This document shows, piece after piece, positions 1 to 7,890 of a stretch of 39,053 nucleotides of DNA. This DNA comes from an uncultured Planctomycetaceae bacterium (GTDB taxonomy: Bacteria; Planctomycetota; Phycisphaerae; SM23-33), in assembly GCA_964388425.1 (NCBI GenBank), contig CAYMAP010000002.1:1-39053 (forward strand), in the 5' to 3' direction. Each line of letters opens with the position of its first letter. The stretch's first letter is position 1. A model generated the notes under the pieces. It was not told the origin of the DNA and did no database searches. It was given only the letters and a program-made list of their open reading frames with translations. A program made the position numbers and the translations under genes.

Positions 1-1
1 G

Positions 2-46
2 CGTTGACGAATCGCCCTGCTTTTTCGTTCCGTCGACGTTTGAGGG
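2..46. repeat. Copy A of a 45-nt intergenic repeat (partner at 3415..3459); it lies at the window edge and may extend leftward
   Basis: An ungapped position-by-position comparison with 3415..3459 gives 38/45 identities. The first 14 nt (CGTTGACGAATCGC) and the last 8 nt (TTTGAGGG) are identical. It contains the inverted repeat GACGAA-N12-TTCGT. Confidence 0.6.
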
Positions 47-70
47 GCGCATCAATGGGAAAATCGCGCC

Positions 71-103
71 CGGCGGGAGGCTTGGGAGACAGGTCTCCCG
101 CCG
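71..103 (-). terminator. Candidate weak intrinsic terminator hairpin downstream of the encapsulin gene
   Basis: CGGCGGGAG (71-79) is the exact reverse complement of CTCCCGCCG (95-103). An alternative inner stem is GGGAGAC/GTCTCCC (84-90/93-99). On the minus strand the hairpin is followed by GGCGCGATTTTCCC, so the U-tract is short and displaced. Confidence 0.3.
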
Positions 104-126
104 AGCGATGCGATCCGGTATTTCGG

Positions 127-924
127 TCAGGCGTTGAGGACGACGGCGGCGGCGGGGTCGATAACGCGGAATGTGAAGGATTCGGTCAGGAACAATTCGA
201 CGTTGTGCCGGTCGTGGTCGGTATAGCCGATGGAGAAATCCGTGCCGACAGCGAGTTCGGCATCGCCTCCTCGGGTCGAGGCGAGCAGCCCGCCGGTGAA
301 GGCTTCGCTGACGTGGATGTCCCCGCCGATCATTTCCGCGACGATGCGCTGGGGTGGATAGCCGCTGCGGGCGGCGCCCATCAGGTCGTAGTAGGCGTCG
401 GGTCCGAGGACGAGATCATAGGGCCCGTCCACCGATGCCGATCGAAGGGCTTTGAGCCCTGCGGAGACGGCGGCGGGATACTCGTTGGGATCGGCCGGCA
501 GGGCGACGGGGTCGTGTTCGGAGGCCTGGGCCAGGCCCGTGATGCCCCCGCCCTCGAAGCCATTGAAGACGGCTGCGTCCTCGAAGCGGGCGGCCTCGAC
601 GGTTGCTTTCTGGAGGGGTTCGAGGTCGACATCCGGCTTGCCGCGGGTGAGGTTGTCGATCTCGAACTGGCCGAGCGTGAAGAACGTGCGGATTTCCGTT
701 AGGGGCTTAACCTCGCGGACGCCCCAGTGGATCTGGCCCTGCTGTTCGGTGTTGCGGAGTCGCCCGAGGTTCAGCGCGCCGAATTCCCAGCCGTTCGGGC
801 CGGTGAAGTCCACGAGTTTCCGCGCGGTGAGGTTGGCCCGGAGGAAGCGGGCGGCCTCTTCGTCGAGGGCGGCCCAGGCTTCGTCGCTGACGGGGGCGAA
901 TTCGCGTTTGAGGATGGAGGCCAT
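127..924 (-). CDS. Family-1 encapsulin (linocin M18-like, HK97-fold) nanocompartment shell protein, 265 aa
   Basis: ORF 127..1098 is trimmed to the ATG at 924, giving MASILKREFAPVSDEAWAALDEEA..., a canonical encapsulin N-terminus. The size is typical of T=1 shells. The start lies 2 nt after the stop of a cargo gene that carries a targeting peptide. Confidence 0.9.
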   Translation of the reverse strand: MASILKREFAPVSDEAWAALDEEAARFLRANLTARKLVDFTGPNGWEFGALNLGRLRNTEQQGQIHWGVREVKPLTEIRTFFTLGQFEIDNLTRGKPDVDLEPLQKATVEAARFEDAAVFNGFEGGGITGLAQASEHDPVALPADPNEYPAAVSAGLKALRSASVDGPYDLVLGPDAYYDLMGAARSGYPPQRIVAEMIGGDIHVSEAFTGGLLASTRGGDAELAVGTDFSIGYTDHDRHNVELFLTESFTFRVIDPAAAVVLNA

Positions 925-926
925 GG

Positions 927-1301
927 TTACTGTCCTTTCTTCTTCATCGAACCGATGTTCAGGCTGCCGTCGGAGGAAGATTTCGAGGCCGGGCTTTGTT
1001 CGCCCTCGCCGGCTTCTTCGATTTCGGTGATGGGCGCGGTGGTGAACAGGTAGGTTTTCAGTTGTTCCTCGAAGCCGGGAAAGTTCCGGCGGAGCCATTC
1101 CAGAAGCATGCAGGCGTGTTCGATTTCTTCGTCGCGATTGTGTTCGAGGACGGCCCGGATGGTGGCGTCCTGCGTGACCGAGGCCCGTTCCTGGTACCAG
1201 GCGACGGCTTCGAGTTCTTCGATCAGGCTCGCCAGGGCGCGTTTCTGGTCCTTGACGGGCGGGGGGACGAGGTCGGGGGATTCATGCTGAGGCAGTGGCA
1301 T
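927..1301 (-). CDS. Encapsulated ferritin-like protein (EncFtn/Flp cargo), 124 aa
   Basis: It carries ferritin-like Glu/His motifs (LIEELEAVAWYQE and EEIEH). The C-terminal SDGSLNIGSMKKK resembles the GSLxIGSLK cargo-loading peptide. The RBS is aaaGGAattctcATG. Confidence 0.88.
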   Translation of the reverse strand: MPLPQHESPDLVPPPVKDQKRALASLIEELEAVAWYQERASVTQDATIRAVLEHNRDEEIEHACMLLEWLRRNFPGFEEQLKTYLFTTAPITEIEEAGEGEQSPASKSSSDGSLNIGSMKKKGQ

Positions 1302-1351
1302 GAGAATTCCTTTCCGGTTGGAGTCTGGTGAGTTTCGTCAGCGTGCTTCGT

Positions 1352-1357
1352 ATTATA
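1352..1357 (-). promoter_or_regulatory. Candidate -10 box (TATAAT on the minus strand) for the EncFtn-encapsulin operon
   Basis: There is an exact TATAAT about 50 nt upstream of the EncFtn ATG, in the divergent intergenic region. No convincing -35 element was found. Confidence 0.3.
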
Positions 1358-1435
1358 GGCGCGAGCGGAGCGGCGAAAAAACGAACTGTTTTCCTGCGGG
1401 TTCCGGCGGCTCAATCCGGCCGGGCGCCAAGGCGG

Positions 1436-1465
1436 TTGTATTTTGTCGAACAGGACATTTACAAT
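1436..1465 (+). promoter_or_regulatory. Candidate sigma70-like promoter for the CAP-domain lipoprotein gene
   Basis: TTGTAT-N18-TACAAT ends 20 nt upstream of the ATG at 1485. A GGAGA RBS lies at about 1474-1478. Confidence 0.3.
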
Positions 1466-1484
1466 GCCCCGGAAGGAGACGCCC

Positions 1485-2132
1485 ATGCGAACCAACCTGA
1501 TTGTTGCGGTATGTCTTGTGAGTGGGTTGCTGGTCGGCTGCAATGGCCGAAGCGATTCGCCCGAGCCGGCCCCTGCGGACGCCGAGCGCCGACCGGCGTT
1601 GCCCGAATCGAGCGATCCGACGGTGGAAACCCTCCAGCCTGGCACCCAGCCGACCGGGCCGGAAGACCCGGCCGTGGCGGGCATGGGGCTGGAGGCCAGA
1701 CGAATCTACTGGCGGATCAACGAGGCGAGGCGCAAGCGCGGACTGGAGATGCTCGAGGTTCGCGGCGACCTCAAAGCCCTCGCGCGGGAGCACAACCGCG
1801 GCATGCTGCGGACTCGCGTGCTGTCCCACCGCAGCGGGGCGGGGGACGTCGGGCAGCGTCTCTCGGCCGTCGGCATCGCGTGGAACTACGTCGCCGAGAC
1901 CGTCGCGCGGTTCGGAGCGACGGACGACCCGGCGAGGCGGGCCTTGGAACTCTGGCAGGCCTCCGATGCCGACCGGAAGAACCTGCTCGACAACGTCTAC
2001 CGCGAGATTGGCGTCTCGGCCCGGAAGGACCCGAAGACCGGGTTGTGGTACGTCACCGCCATCCTCTGCCGACGGAATCTCCGTTACCAGGACGACCCGC
2101 CGGCCGAGGCGTCCGGCCCGCCGGGGCGGTAG
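1485..2132 (+). CDS. CAP/SCP (PR-1-like, YkwD-type) domain lipoprotein, 215 aa
   Basis: The start was chosen at MRTNLIVAVCLVSGLLVGC, a signal peptide with lipobox L-V-G-C, preceded by a good RBS. The body (INEARRKRGL..LAREHNRGM..NYVAETVA..ALELWQAS..) reads as an SCP/CAP domain. Confidence 0.7.
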   Translation: MRTNLIVAVCLVSGLLVGCNGRSDSPEPAPADAERRPALPESSDPTVETLQPGTQPTGPEDPAVAGMGLEARRIYWRINEARRKRGLEMLEVRGDLKALAREHNRGMLRTRVLSHRSGAGDVGQRLSAVGIAWNYVAETVARFGATDDPARRALELWQASDADRKNLLDNVYREIGVSARKDPKTGLWYVTAILCRRNLRYQDDPPAEASGPPGR

Positions 2133-2135
2133 CGT

Positions 2136-3242
2136 TTACGACCCGACCGGCCGGGGCCAGTTTTTCCCGGCGGTGATCTCCCGCCCGCGACGGATGAAGT
2201 AGGCCAGCGAATCGTACTCCACGTCCGGGGGGATCGAGTGGTCGCTGTGGAGGATGTATCCCACGCCCATCTCCAGAAGCGGGGGCAGACGACGTTGGAG
2301 TTCGGCTTCGATGCGGTCGGGATCATTGGAGATGATCTCCCTCGCATCCATGCCGCCGAAGAAGGCGATCCGGTCGCCGAACTGTTCGGCGAGCTTCACG
2401 ACGTCCATGCCGGCTTTGACTTCCATGGCCTGGAGACAGTCCATGCCCGCCTCGATGAGCCCCGGCACGAGCGGTTCGACAAACCCGCACGAGTGGACGA
2501 TCACCTTGCAGCCGATCTGGTGGGCGTAGTCGAAGAGCTTCGCGTGGGCGGGCTGGATGATCTCGGCGTACATCGCGGGCGACATGAACGGCTTGCCCTT
2601 GAAGCCCATGTCCTCGTAGAAGAACAGTCCGTCGGGTTTGCCCTCGTCGGCGAAGAGTTTCTCCAGGTGCATGAGGGTGAAGTCCGCGTATGTCAGGGCC
2701 ATGTCGCGCACCCAGTCCGGGTCGGTGACCATGCCCATGAGCATGTACTCGTGCCCGCAGACGGGGTGCATCTGCTCGAACGGCGCGACGCCGGACCAGT
2801 GGAAGTATTGCCCGTGCTCTTCGGCGAGGGCCTTGGCGTTGCGATAGTTCTCGGTGTTCAGCCGGCGGTCGTCGACGGTCAGCAGGTGGGGCTTGATCTT
2901 CTCTTCCCAGGCTGTGCGTTCCTTGACGGCGAAGTCGACGTGCTCCGGCGTGGTGTCGTGAACCTTGTGCCGCCGCAGCGTCGCGCCGTTACCGTCGATC
3001 TTGACGACCGTCTCTTCGGTTTCCTCGACGACGACCTCCTCGAAGTCGAGGTCGGCCAGGCTGACCAACCACCCCCCGCCTCGGAGGTCGAGCTGGAAAT
3101 GGTCGATGAAATTTTCGTCTTCCTGGAGGTAGCCCTTCTCCAGCCAGACTCTCCCGGTCTCGGACCAGAACGATTCGCTGGCGGGGCATTGGTCGACGGG
3201 TTGGCGGTTCAGGACGTGTTCGACTCGCTGCTTGCCAGTCAT
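2136..3242 (-). CDS. Uroporphyrinogen decarboxylase (URO-D) family protein, MtaA/CmuA-like methyltransferase superfamily, 368 aa
   Basis: It is full length and has the overall URO-D TIM-barrel pattern, with a C-terminal ..HSCG...GMDCLQ...ILHSDHSIPPDV. The RBS is aaGGAGcctccATG. The substrate cannot be told from sequence. Confidence 0.65.
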   Translation of the reverse strand: MTGKQRVEHVLNRQPVDQCPASESFWSETGRVWLEKGYLQEDENFIDHFQLDLRGGGWLVSLADLDFEEVVVEETEETVVKIDGNGATLRRHKVHDTTPEHVDFAVKERTAWEEKIKPHLLTVDDRRLNTENYRNAKALAEEHGQYFHWSGVAPFEQMHPVCGHEYMLMGMVTDPDWVRDMALTYADFTLMHLEKLFADEGKPDGLFFYEDMGFKGKPFMSPAMYAEIIQPAHAKLFDYAHQIGCKVIVHSCGFVEPLVPGLIEAGMDCLQAMEVKAGMDVVKLAEQFGDRIAFFGGMDAREIISNDPDRIEAELQRRLPPLLEMGVGYILHSDHSIPPDVEYDSLAYFIRRGREITAGKNWPRPVGS

Positions 3243-3414
3243 GGAGGCTCCTTTGCAGTGGTGGTGTATTCCGTTGCAGCGGCATCTTGCCGGTGTGTAG
3301 CAGGGTCATCCTGGCCCTGATGGTTTTTTTGTTTTTGTTCTTTGATGGCGATTCCCTCAGAACTACCCAGGACGCGGTTGTAGGACCCTTTGGGGGACGT
3401 AACTCGATTGTTTT

Positions 3415-3459
3415 CGTTGACGAATCGCTCTGATGTTTCGTCCCGTCAAATTTTGAGGG
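3415..3459. repeat. Copy B of the 45-nt intergenic repeat (partner at 2..46)
   Basis: It is 38/45 identical and ungapped relative to 2..46. It contains GACGAA-N12-TTCGTC and the alternative pairing TTGACG/CGTCAA. It lies about 175 nt upstream of the URO-D-family start and about 70 nt downstream of the Nif3 stop. Confidence 0.6.
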
Positions 3460-3477
3460 AGACGTCTTTGATTGGGC

Positions 3478-3496
3478 CATGGGCGGGACGCCCATG
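3478..3496. other. Perfect 8-bp GC-rich hairpin CATGGGCG-GGA-CGCCCATG
   Basis: The arms are exact reverse complements. It is 16/19 identical to hairpin 27047..27065, and two of the three differences form a compensatory G:C to C:G swap. No U-tract lies on either side. Confidence 0.5.
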
Positions 3497-3529
3497 CTAC
3501 GCCGGGGCGAGACGCTCGTGCCATGTGTT

Positions 3530-4639
3530 TCAGACGAGGCGGAACGGATCGCGGTCTGTTGCGGACAGGGCGGTCTGCAGGCCGGGCAGGGCATGGGCGA
3601 GTTGTTCGGTCAGTCGGCTGAGGGTGGTGCGTTCGGTGTTGGAGTGTCCGGCGCAGACCACGCAGAGACCGGCGGCGGCAGCGGCGAGGGCGTCGTGGTG
3701 CTTCATCTCGCCGGTGAGATACAGCGACGCCCCGGCGTCGGCGGCAGACTGCCACATCGGCCCGCAGGCTCCGGCGGCGACGGCGACCGTGCCGATCATC
3801 CGCTCGGGGTCGTCGCCCCCGGCCACCAGCAGTCGGCTGACGCCCAGGCCCTTGCGGATGCGGTTCAGCAGCGCCCCGAGTTTGACGGGACGGGGCAGTC
3901 TCCCGGCCCGGCCCAGCCCGAGTTGCCCGGGCATCTCCCGCAGAGGGTAGACGTCGATGGGCGGCTCCTCGTAGCTGTGCGCCAGACGGATCGCCTCGCA
4001 GACGCCTGCGACGCGGTGGCTGGGGGCGATGAGTTCCAGCCGGAGTTCCTCGACGGCCTCGAATTGGCCCGGCTGCCCGACTGTCGGGTGCGACCGTTCG
4101 TTGCCGCGGAACGTCCCCAGTCCGCGGGCGGCGAAGCTGCAGGAATCATACTCGCCGATGCGACCGGCACCGGCGGCGAAGGCGGCCTGGGCGACGGGTT
4201 CCTGGTCGGACTCGGGAACGAAGGCCACGATTTTGCACGAACCGCCCCCGCTGGACGGCTCGAGAGGCCGGCGGTCCTGCAGGCCCAGCAGATCGGCCAG
4301 GACGTCGTTGGTCCCCCCCACGGCCGAGTCCAGCGCGGTGTGCGGACAGTAGACGGCCAGGCCCGAGCGGATGGCCTCGTAGACCACCGGCGCACGGTCG
4401 GCCGTCAGGCGGGGAAGTGGCTTGAAGATCACCGGGTGATAGGCCAGGACCATCTCGGCCTTGGTGGCCCGGGCTTCCTCAAGGACCTCGCGTGTCAGGT
4501 CGATGCACAACAGTAGCCGGCGGACTTCGGCAGGTCCCTCGCCGATAAGCAGCCCGACGTTATCCCAGTCTTCGGCCAGTTCGGGCGGGGCGAGGTCGTC
4601 CAGGGCCCGGCAGACGTCCGTGACGGTCAGATCGCTCAT
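3530..4639 (-). CDS. Nif3-like dinuclear metal centre protein (YbgI/YqfO family, with inserted PII-like domain), 369 aa
   Basis: ORF 3530..4795 is trimmed to the ATG at 4639 (MSDLTVTDVCRALDDLAPPELAEDWDNVGLL..AYHP..CAGHSNTER). The start overlaps the upstream stop as ATGA. Confidence 0.85.
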   Translation of the reverse strand: MSDLTVTDVCRALDDLAPPELAEDWDNVGLLIGEGPAEVRRLLLCIDLTREVLEEARATKAEMVLAYHPVIFKPLPRLTADRAPVVYEAIRSGLAVYCPHTALDSAVGGTNDVLADLLGLQDRRPLEPSSGGGSCKIVAFVPESDQEPVAQAAFAAGAGRIGEYDSCSFAARGLGTFRGNERSHPTVGQPGQFEAVEELRLELIAPSHRVAGVCEAIRLAHSYEEPPIDVYPLREMPGQLGLGRAGRLPRPVKLGALLNRIRKGLGVSRLLVAGGDDPERMIGTVAVAAGACGPMWQSAADAGASLYLTGEMKHHDALAAAAAGLCVVCAGHSNTERTTLSRLTEQLAHALPGLQTALSATDRDPFRLV

Positions 4640-5517
4640 GATTCGCTCTCCGCGGGGTTGACGGTGAGCCGCTGGGCGCACTCGGCGTCCAGCAGGTCGG
4701 CGTAGGCCTGCATGAATCGGCGAGTCACCTCGCCGGGCGTTTCGTCGCCGACGGCGTGACGTTCGATGCGGACGACCGGGCGGATGCCCATGCACGAACT
4801 GGTCAGGAACATCTCTTCAGCCGTCAGCATGTCGTTGACGGTCAGCGATCGGGAGTCGTCGTGCTCGATGCCGAGATGTTCAGCCAGTTCGAGAACCGCT
4901 TGGCGGACCACGCCGGGCAGGACCGGCGTGTCGCGAGGCGGGGTCAGCAGCGTTCCGTCCAGCACGAGGAAGACGTTGGCGAAGCAGGACTCGGCCAGCC
5001 GATTGTCGGTGGTGAACCACAGGGCATCGGAGGCTCCTTTGGCGGCGGCTTCTTGACGGGCGAGCATTCGCGGCAGGTAGCAGCCGGTCTTGGTCCCGAA
5101 CGTCGGATCGCCCGAGGCTTGCTTCAGCGCGGTGACGACGACGGTGATGCCCGTGTCGTACCACTCGGCGGGGTAGTCCGGCAGGGGTTCGGCGGTGAGG
5201 AGGGTGGTCGGCTCGCCCCCGACCGGGCCGGGGGTGAGGGTGATCCGACAGCGGGCTTCGGCGAGTTCGTTGGCATCGAGGACCGCGTGCATGCCGTCGA
5301 CGAGTGCGCCCGTCGTCGGGCCGGTCTGCAGGCCCAGCAGGCGGAGGGTCTCGGCCAGTCGCTGGAGGTGGCGGTCGAACCGGAAGACCGCGCCGCGGTG
5401 CGCCCGCATGGTCGTGAACGTGCTCGCGCCGTGGAGGAACCCGGGGTCGGCGATGCTGATCGTCGCCTCGCCGGCGGGCAGGAGCCGGCCATTGAGTTGT
5501 ACCGTCCTGTCGCTCAT
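4636..5517 (-). CDS. Class IV (fold type IV) PLP aminotransferase, either IlvE-like or aminodeoxychorismate lyase-like, 293 aa
   Basis: The family pattern is ..ADPGFLHGASTFTTMR..FRFDRHLQRL..TKTGCYLPRMLARQEA..NVFLV..TPP....LPGVVRQ. Specificity is not assignable from the sequence. Confidence 0.75.
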   Translation of the reverse strand: MSDRTVQLNGRLLPAGEATISIADPGFLHGASTFTTMRAHRGAVFRFDRHLQRLAETLRLLGLQTGPTTGALVDGMHAVLDANELAEARCRITLTPGPVGGEPTTLLTAEPLPDYPAEWYDTGITVVVTALKQASGDPTFGTKTGCYLPRMLARQEAAAKGASDALWFTTDNRLAESCFANVFLVLDGTLLTPPRDTPVLPGVVRQAVLELAEHLGIEHDDSRSLTVNDMLTAEEMFLTSSCMGIRPVVRIERHAVGDETPGEVTRRFMQAYADLLDAECAQRLTVNPAESES

Positions 5518-5575
5518 GGGCGCATGATAGCTCCCGGCACCTGAAAATCAACAGCGGACGCCTTTGGGCTGAACG

Positions 5576-6763
5576 TTACCGCACGGTGAGGAAGAATTCC
5601 ATGAGGTCGCAGCCGCGGGCGATGTGGAGGTCGCTGCCGGCGGCGGTGTCTTCGTCGAACGGGCCGGTGTAGACAGGGACCATGTGTTTGCCGGCGATGA
5701 CGAAGGGCACGGGCGTGCGGGTGTGGGTGCGGACGGTGCAGGGCGTGGGGTGGTCGGGCAGGACGAGCAACCGCCAGTCCTCGCCTTCCTGCCGGAGGCG
5801 TTCGAGGAGGGGTTTGACGACGAGTTGGTCGATGCGCTCGAGCCCGAGGATTTTCGCGTGGGCGTCGCCCTGGTGACCGGCTTCGTCCGTGCCTTCGAGA
5901 TGGACCAGGGCGATGTCGTGGTCTTCCAGGGCGGCGATGGCGGCTTCGGTTTTGCCCTGATAATTCGTGTCGACCAGCCCGGTCGCGCCCTCGACGTGCA
6001 GGACGTCCCAGCCGATGAGCTTGGCCAGGCCGCGAACGAGGTCGACGGCGGAGACAGCCGCGCCGCGGAGTCCGAAACGGTCGGTGAAGTGCGTCAGCCG
6101 GGGCATCTTGCCCTGCCCCCACAGCCAGATGTCCGTGGCGGGGTTCTCGCCGAGGTCCCGGCGGACGTTGTTGATCTCGTGGTCGACGAAGATCGGGCGG
6201 GCGTCGAGCATGAGGTCGATGAGCGTCTTGGCGCCTTTGCCCCTGGGCAGGTGGGCGTCGGCGGGCTGGGCGAGGATGTCGTGCGGCGGGGTGCAGGTGA
6301 CGTCGAGATCGGCGTCGGTGATCAGCAGGTGGCGATAGCTGACGCCGGGATGGAACCTCGCCGATTCGCTGCCGAGGGCGGCCTGGAGGTCGGCGATGAG
6401 CCGGCGGGCCTCGGTATCGGTGATATGCCCGGCCGAGTGATCCTGCATGACGCCCTCGAGGATCGTCACGAGGTTGCAGCGGAAGATCCACTCGTCGTCG
6501 CGCGTTCGGATGTCCTGGGCGGCGGCTTCGAGGGGCGCCCGGCCGGTGTAGCAGTCAGCGGGGTCGTAGCCGAGCACCGAGAGGGTGGCGACGTCCGAAC
6601 CGGCGGGCAGGCCCTCGGGAAGGTTGGCGACCGTCCCGATCCGCCCGGTTCGGGCCAGGGCGTCGAAGGTGGGCAGGTCGGCGGCCTGGAAGGGCGTCCG
6701 CCCGTCCAACTCGTCCAACGCGACGTCGGCAGCGCCGTCGGGGACGACTATCGCGTACTTCAT
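5576..6763 (-). CDS. apgM: Cofactor-independent phosphoglycerate mutase, archaeal ApgM type (a family also annotated as proposed homoserine kinase), 395 aa
   Basis: ORF 5576..7273 is trimmed to the ATG at 6763. The product reads MKYAIVVPDGAADVALDELDGRTPFQAADLPTFDALA..GSDVATLSVLGYDP..HLEGTDEAGH..LPDHPTP. Confidence 0.75.
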   Translation of the reverse strand: MKYAIVVPDGAADVALDELDGRTPFQAADLPTFDALARTGRIGTVANLPEGLPAGSDVATLSVLGYDPADCYTGRAPLEAAAQDIRTRDDEWIFRCNLVTILEGVMQDHSAGHITDTEARRLIADLQAALGSESARFHPGVSYRHLLITDADLDVTCTPPHDILAQPADAHLPRGKGAKTLIDLMLDARPIFVDHEINNVRRDLGENPATDIWLWGQGKMPRLTHFTDRFGLRGAAVSAVDLVRGLAKLIGWDVLHVEGATGLVDTNYQGKTEAAIAALEDHDIALVHLEGTDEAGHQGDAHAKILGLERIDQLVVKPLLERLRQEGEDWRLLVLPDHPTPCTVRTHTRTPVPFVIAGKHMVPVYTGPFDEDTAAGSDLHIARGCDLMEFFLTVR

Positions 6764-6800
6764 GATCGCGTTTCTCCTGTGGTTGCCTGCAACGGGCGTG

Positions 6801-7829
6801 TCAGTCGGACTGTCCGAAGAGCGAGCCGGTCTGCGTTTCGTCGTCGAGGTCGGCCAGCGGACGCGTGCGCTTGTACAGCCTCGTCTCCAACTGCCGGATG
6901 TACGGCGTGAAGTCGGAGGCCTCGTCGTGGTCCTCGTCGATGGCGTGGGCGAGCATCCACATCTTGGCGTCGAGGTTGTCGAGGTAGTGGATGAAGAAGG
7001 CCTCGGGAATGGCAGGGAGCTTCGGGCTGCCGAAGTCGTGCTGGCCGTGATGGCTGAGGATGAGATGCTGCAGGAGCGTGATGGTCTTGTGCGGGAAGGG
7101 CTGGCCCAGCTCAGCTTCCAGGGCGCGGGCCTTTTCCTGGACCCAGATGCAGGCGATGGCGAGGTGCCCGACGAGCATCCCGCGGTCGGTGTAGTGGATG
7201 GCCAGACCGCCGGAGAGCTCCGCGCTCTTGCCGAGGTCGTGTAGGAAGATGCCCGCACGGACGAGGTCGGCATCGAGCTGAGGATAGAGCGGCAGGAGGG
7301 CCTCGGCCGACCGGGCGATGTTGAGAGTATGTTCGATGAGACCGCCCTGGAAGGCGTGATGCATCTGCGCGGCGGCGGGGGATTTCTTGACGGCTGCGAC
7401 GAGTTTGCGGTCCTCGGTGAATTTCTTGACCAGAAGTTTGAGCGGGCGATTCCTGATTTTGCGGAGAAAGGCGGTCAGTTCGGACCACATCTCCTCGACG
7501 TCATATTCGCTGGCGGGGAGGAAGTCGGCGGTCTGGACCTGGTCGGGCGGGACGGGTCGACAGGCGTCGAAGACGATCTGCGGCTGGCCGCGGTAGTCCT
7601 CGACTCGCCCTTTGACGCGGAGGAACCCCTCGGGCGGGATGCCCTGGAAGATGCTCTCGGTGGCCTGCCACATCCTCGCCGGAATGCCGCCAGTGCGGTC
7701 CCCGAGGGTCGCGGAGATGTAGTACTCGCCCTTTTTCGTGGTGCGGAGGTCCTTGTCTCGCACGACGAAGATCTGGTCGACCGGCTGGCCGGTCTGGAGC
7801 TCGTTCACCCATGTACGCTCGGTGTCCAT
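6801..7829 (-). CDS. yhaM: YhaM-like 3'-5' exoribonuclease (OB-fold plus HD domain), 342 aa
   Basis: It has an N-terminal OB fold (..KKGEYYISATLGDRTGGIPARMW..VKGRVEDYRGQPQI) and an HD domain (HHAFQGGLIEHTL..FLHDLGK..SHHG). The ATG at 7829 is preferred, but a GTG at 7880 is an alternative start. Confidence 0.75.
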   Translation of the reverse strand: MDTERTWVNELQTGQPVDQIFVVRDKDLRTTKKGEYYISATLGDRTGGIPARMWQATESIFQGIPPEGFLRVKGRVEDYRGQPQIVFDACRPVPPDQVQTADFLPASEYDVEEMWSELTAFLRKIRNRPLKLLVKKFTEDRKLVAAVKKSPAAAQMHHAFQGGLIEHTLNIARSAEALLPLYPQLDADLVRAGIFLHDLGKSAELSGGLAIHYTDRGMLVGHLAIACIWVQEKARALEAELGQPFPHKTITLLQHLILSHHGQHDFGSPKLPAIPEAFFIHYLDNLDAKMWMLAHAIDEDHDEASDFTPYIRQLETRLYKRTRPLADLDDETQTGSLFGQSD

Positions 7830-7890
7830 GGGCGGGAGTCTACCGCGCCGCCGGTCCCGCCGCCACGAAGAATCCGTCACCCTTTTCTCA

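Noticed and set aside
4-1053. Plus-strand ORFs 4..702, 452..1030 and 727..1053, which overlap the encapsulin gene.
   Set aside because: They are antisense to a clearly conserved encapsulin CDS and have no motifs. This is a GC-rich antisense artefact.
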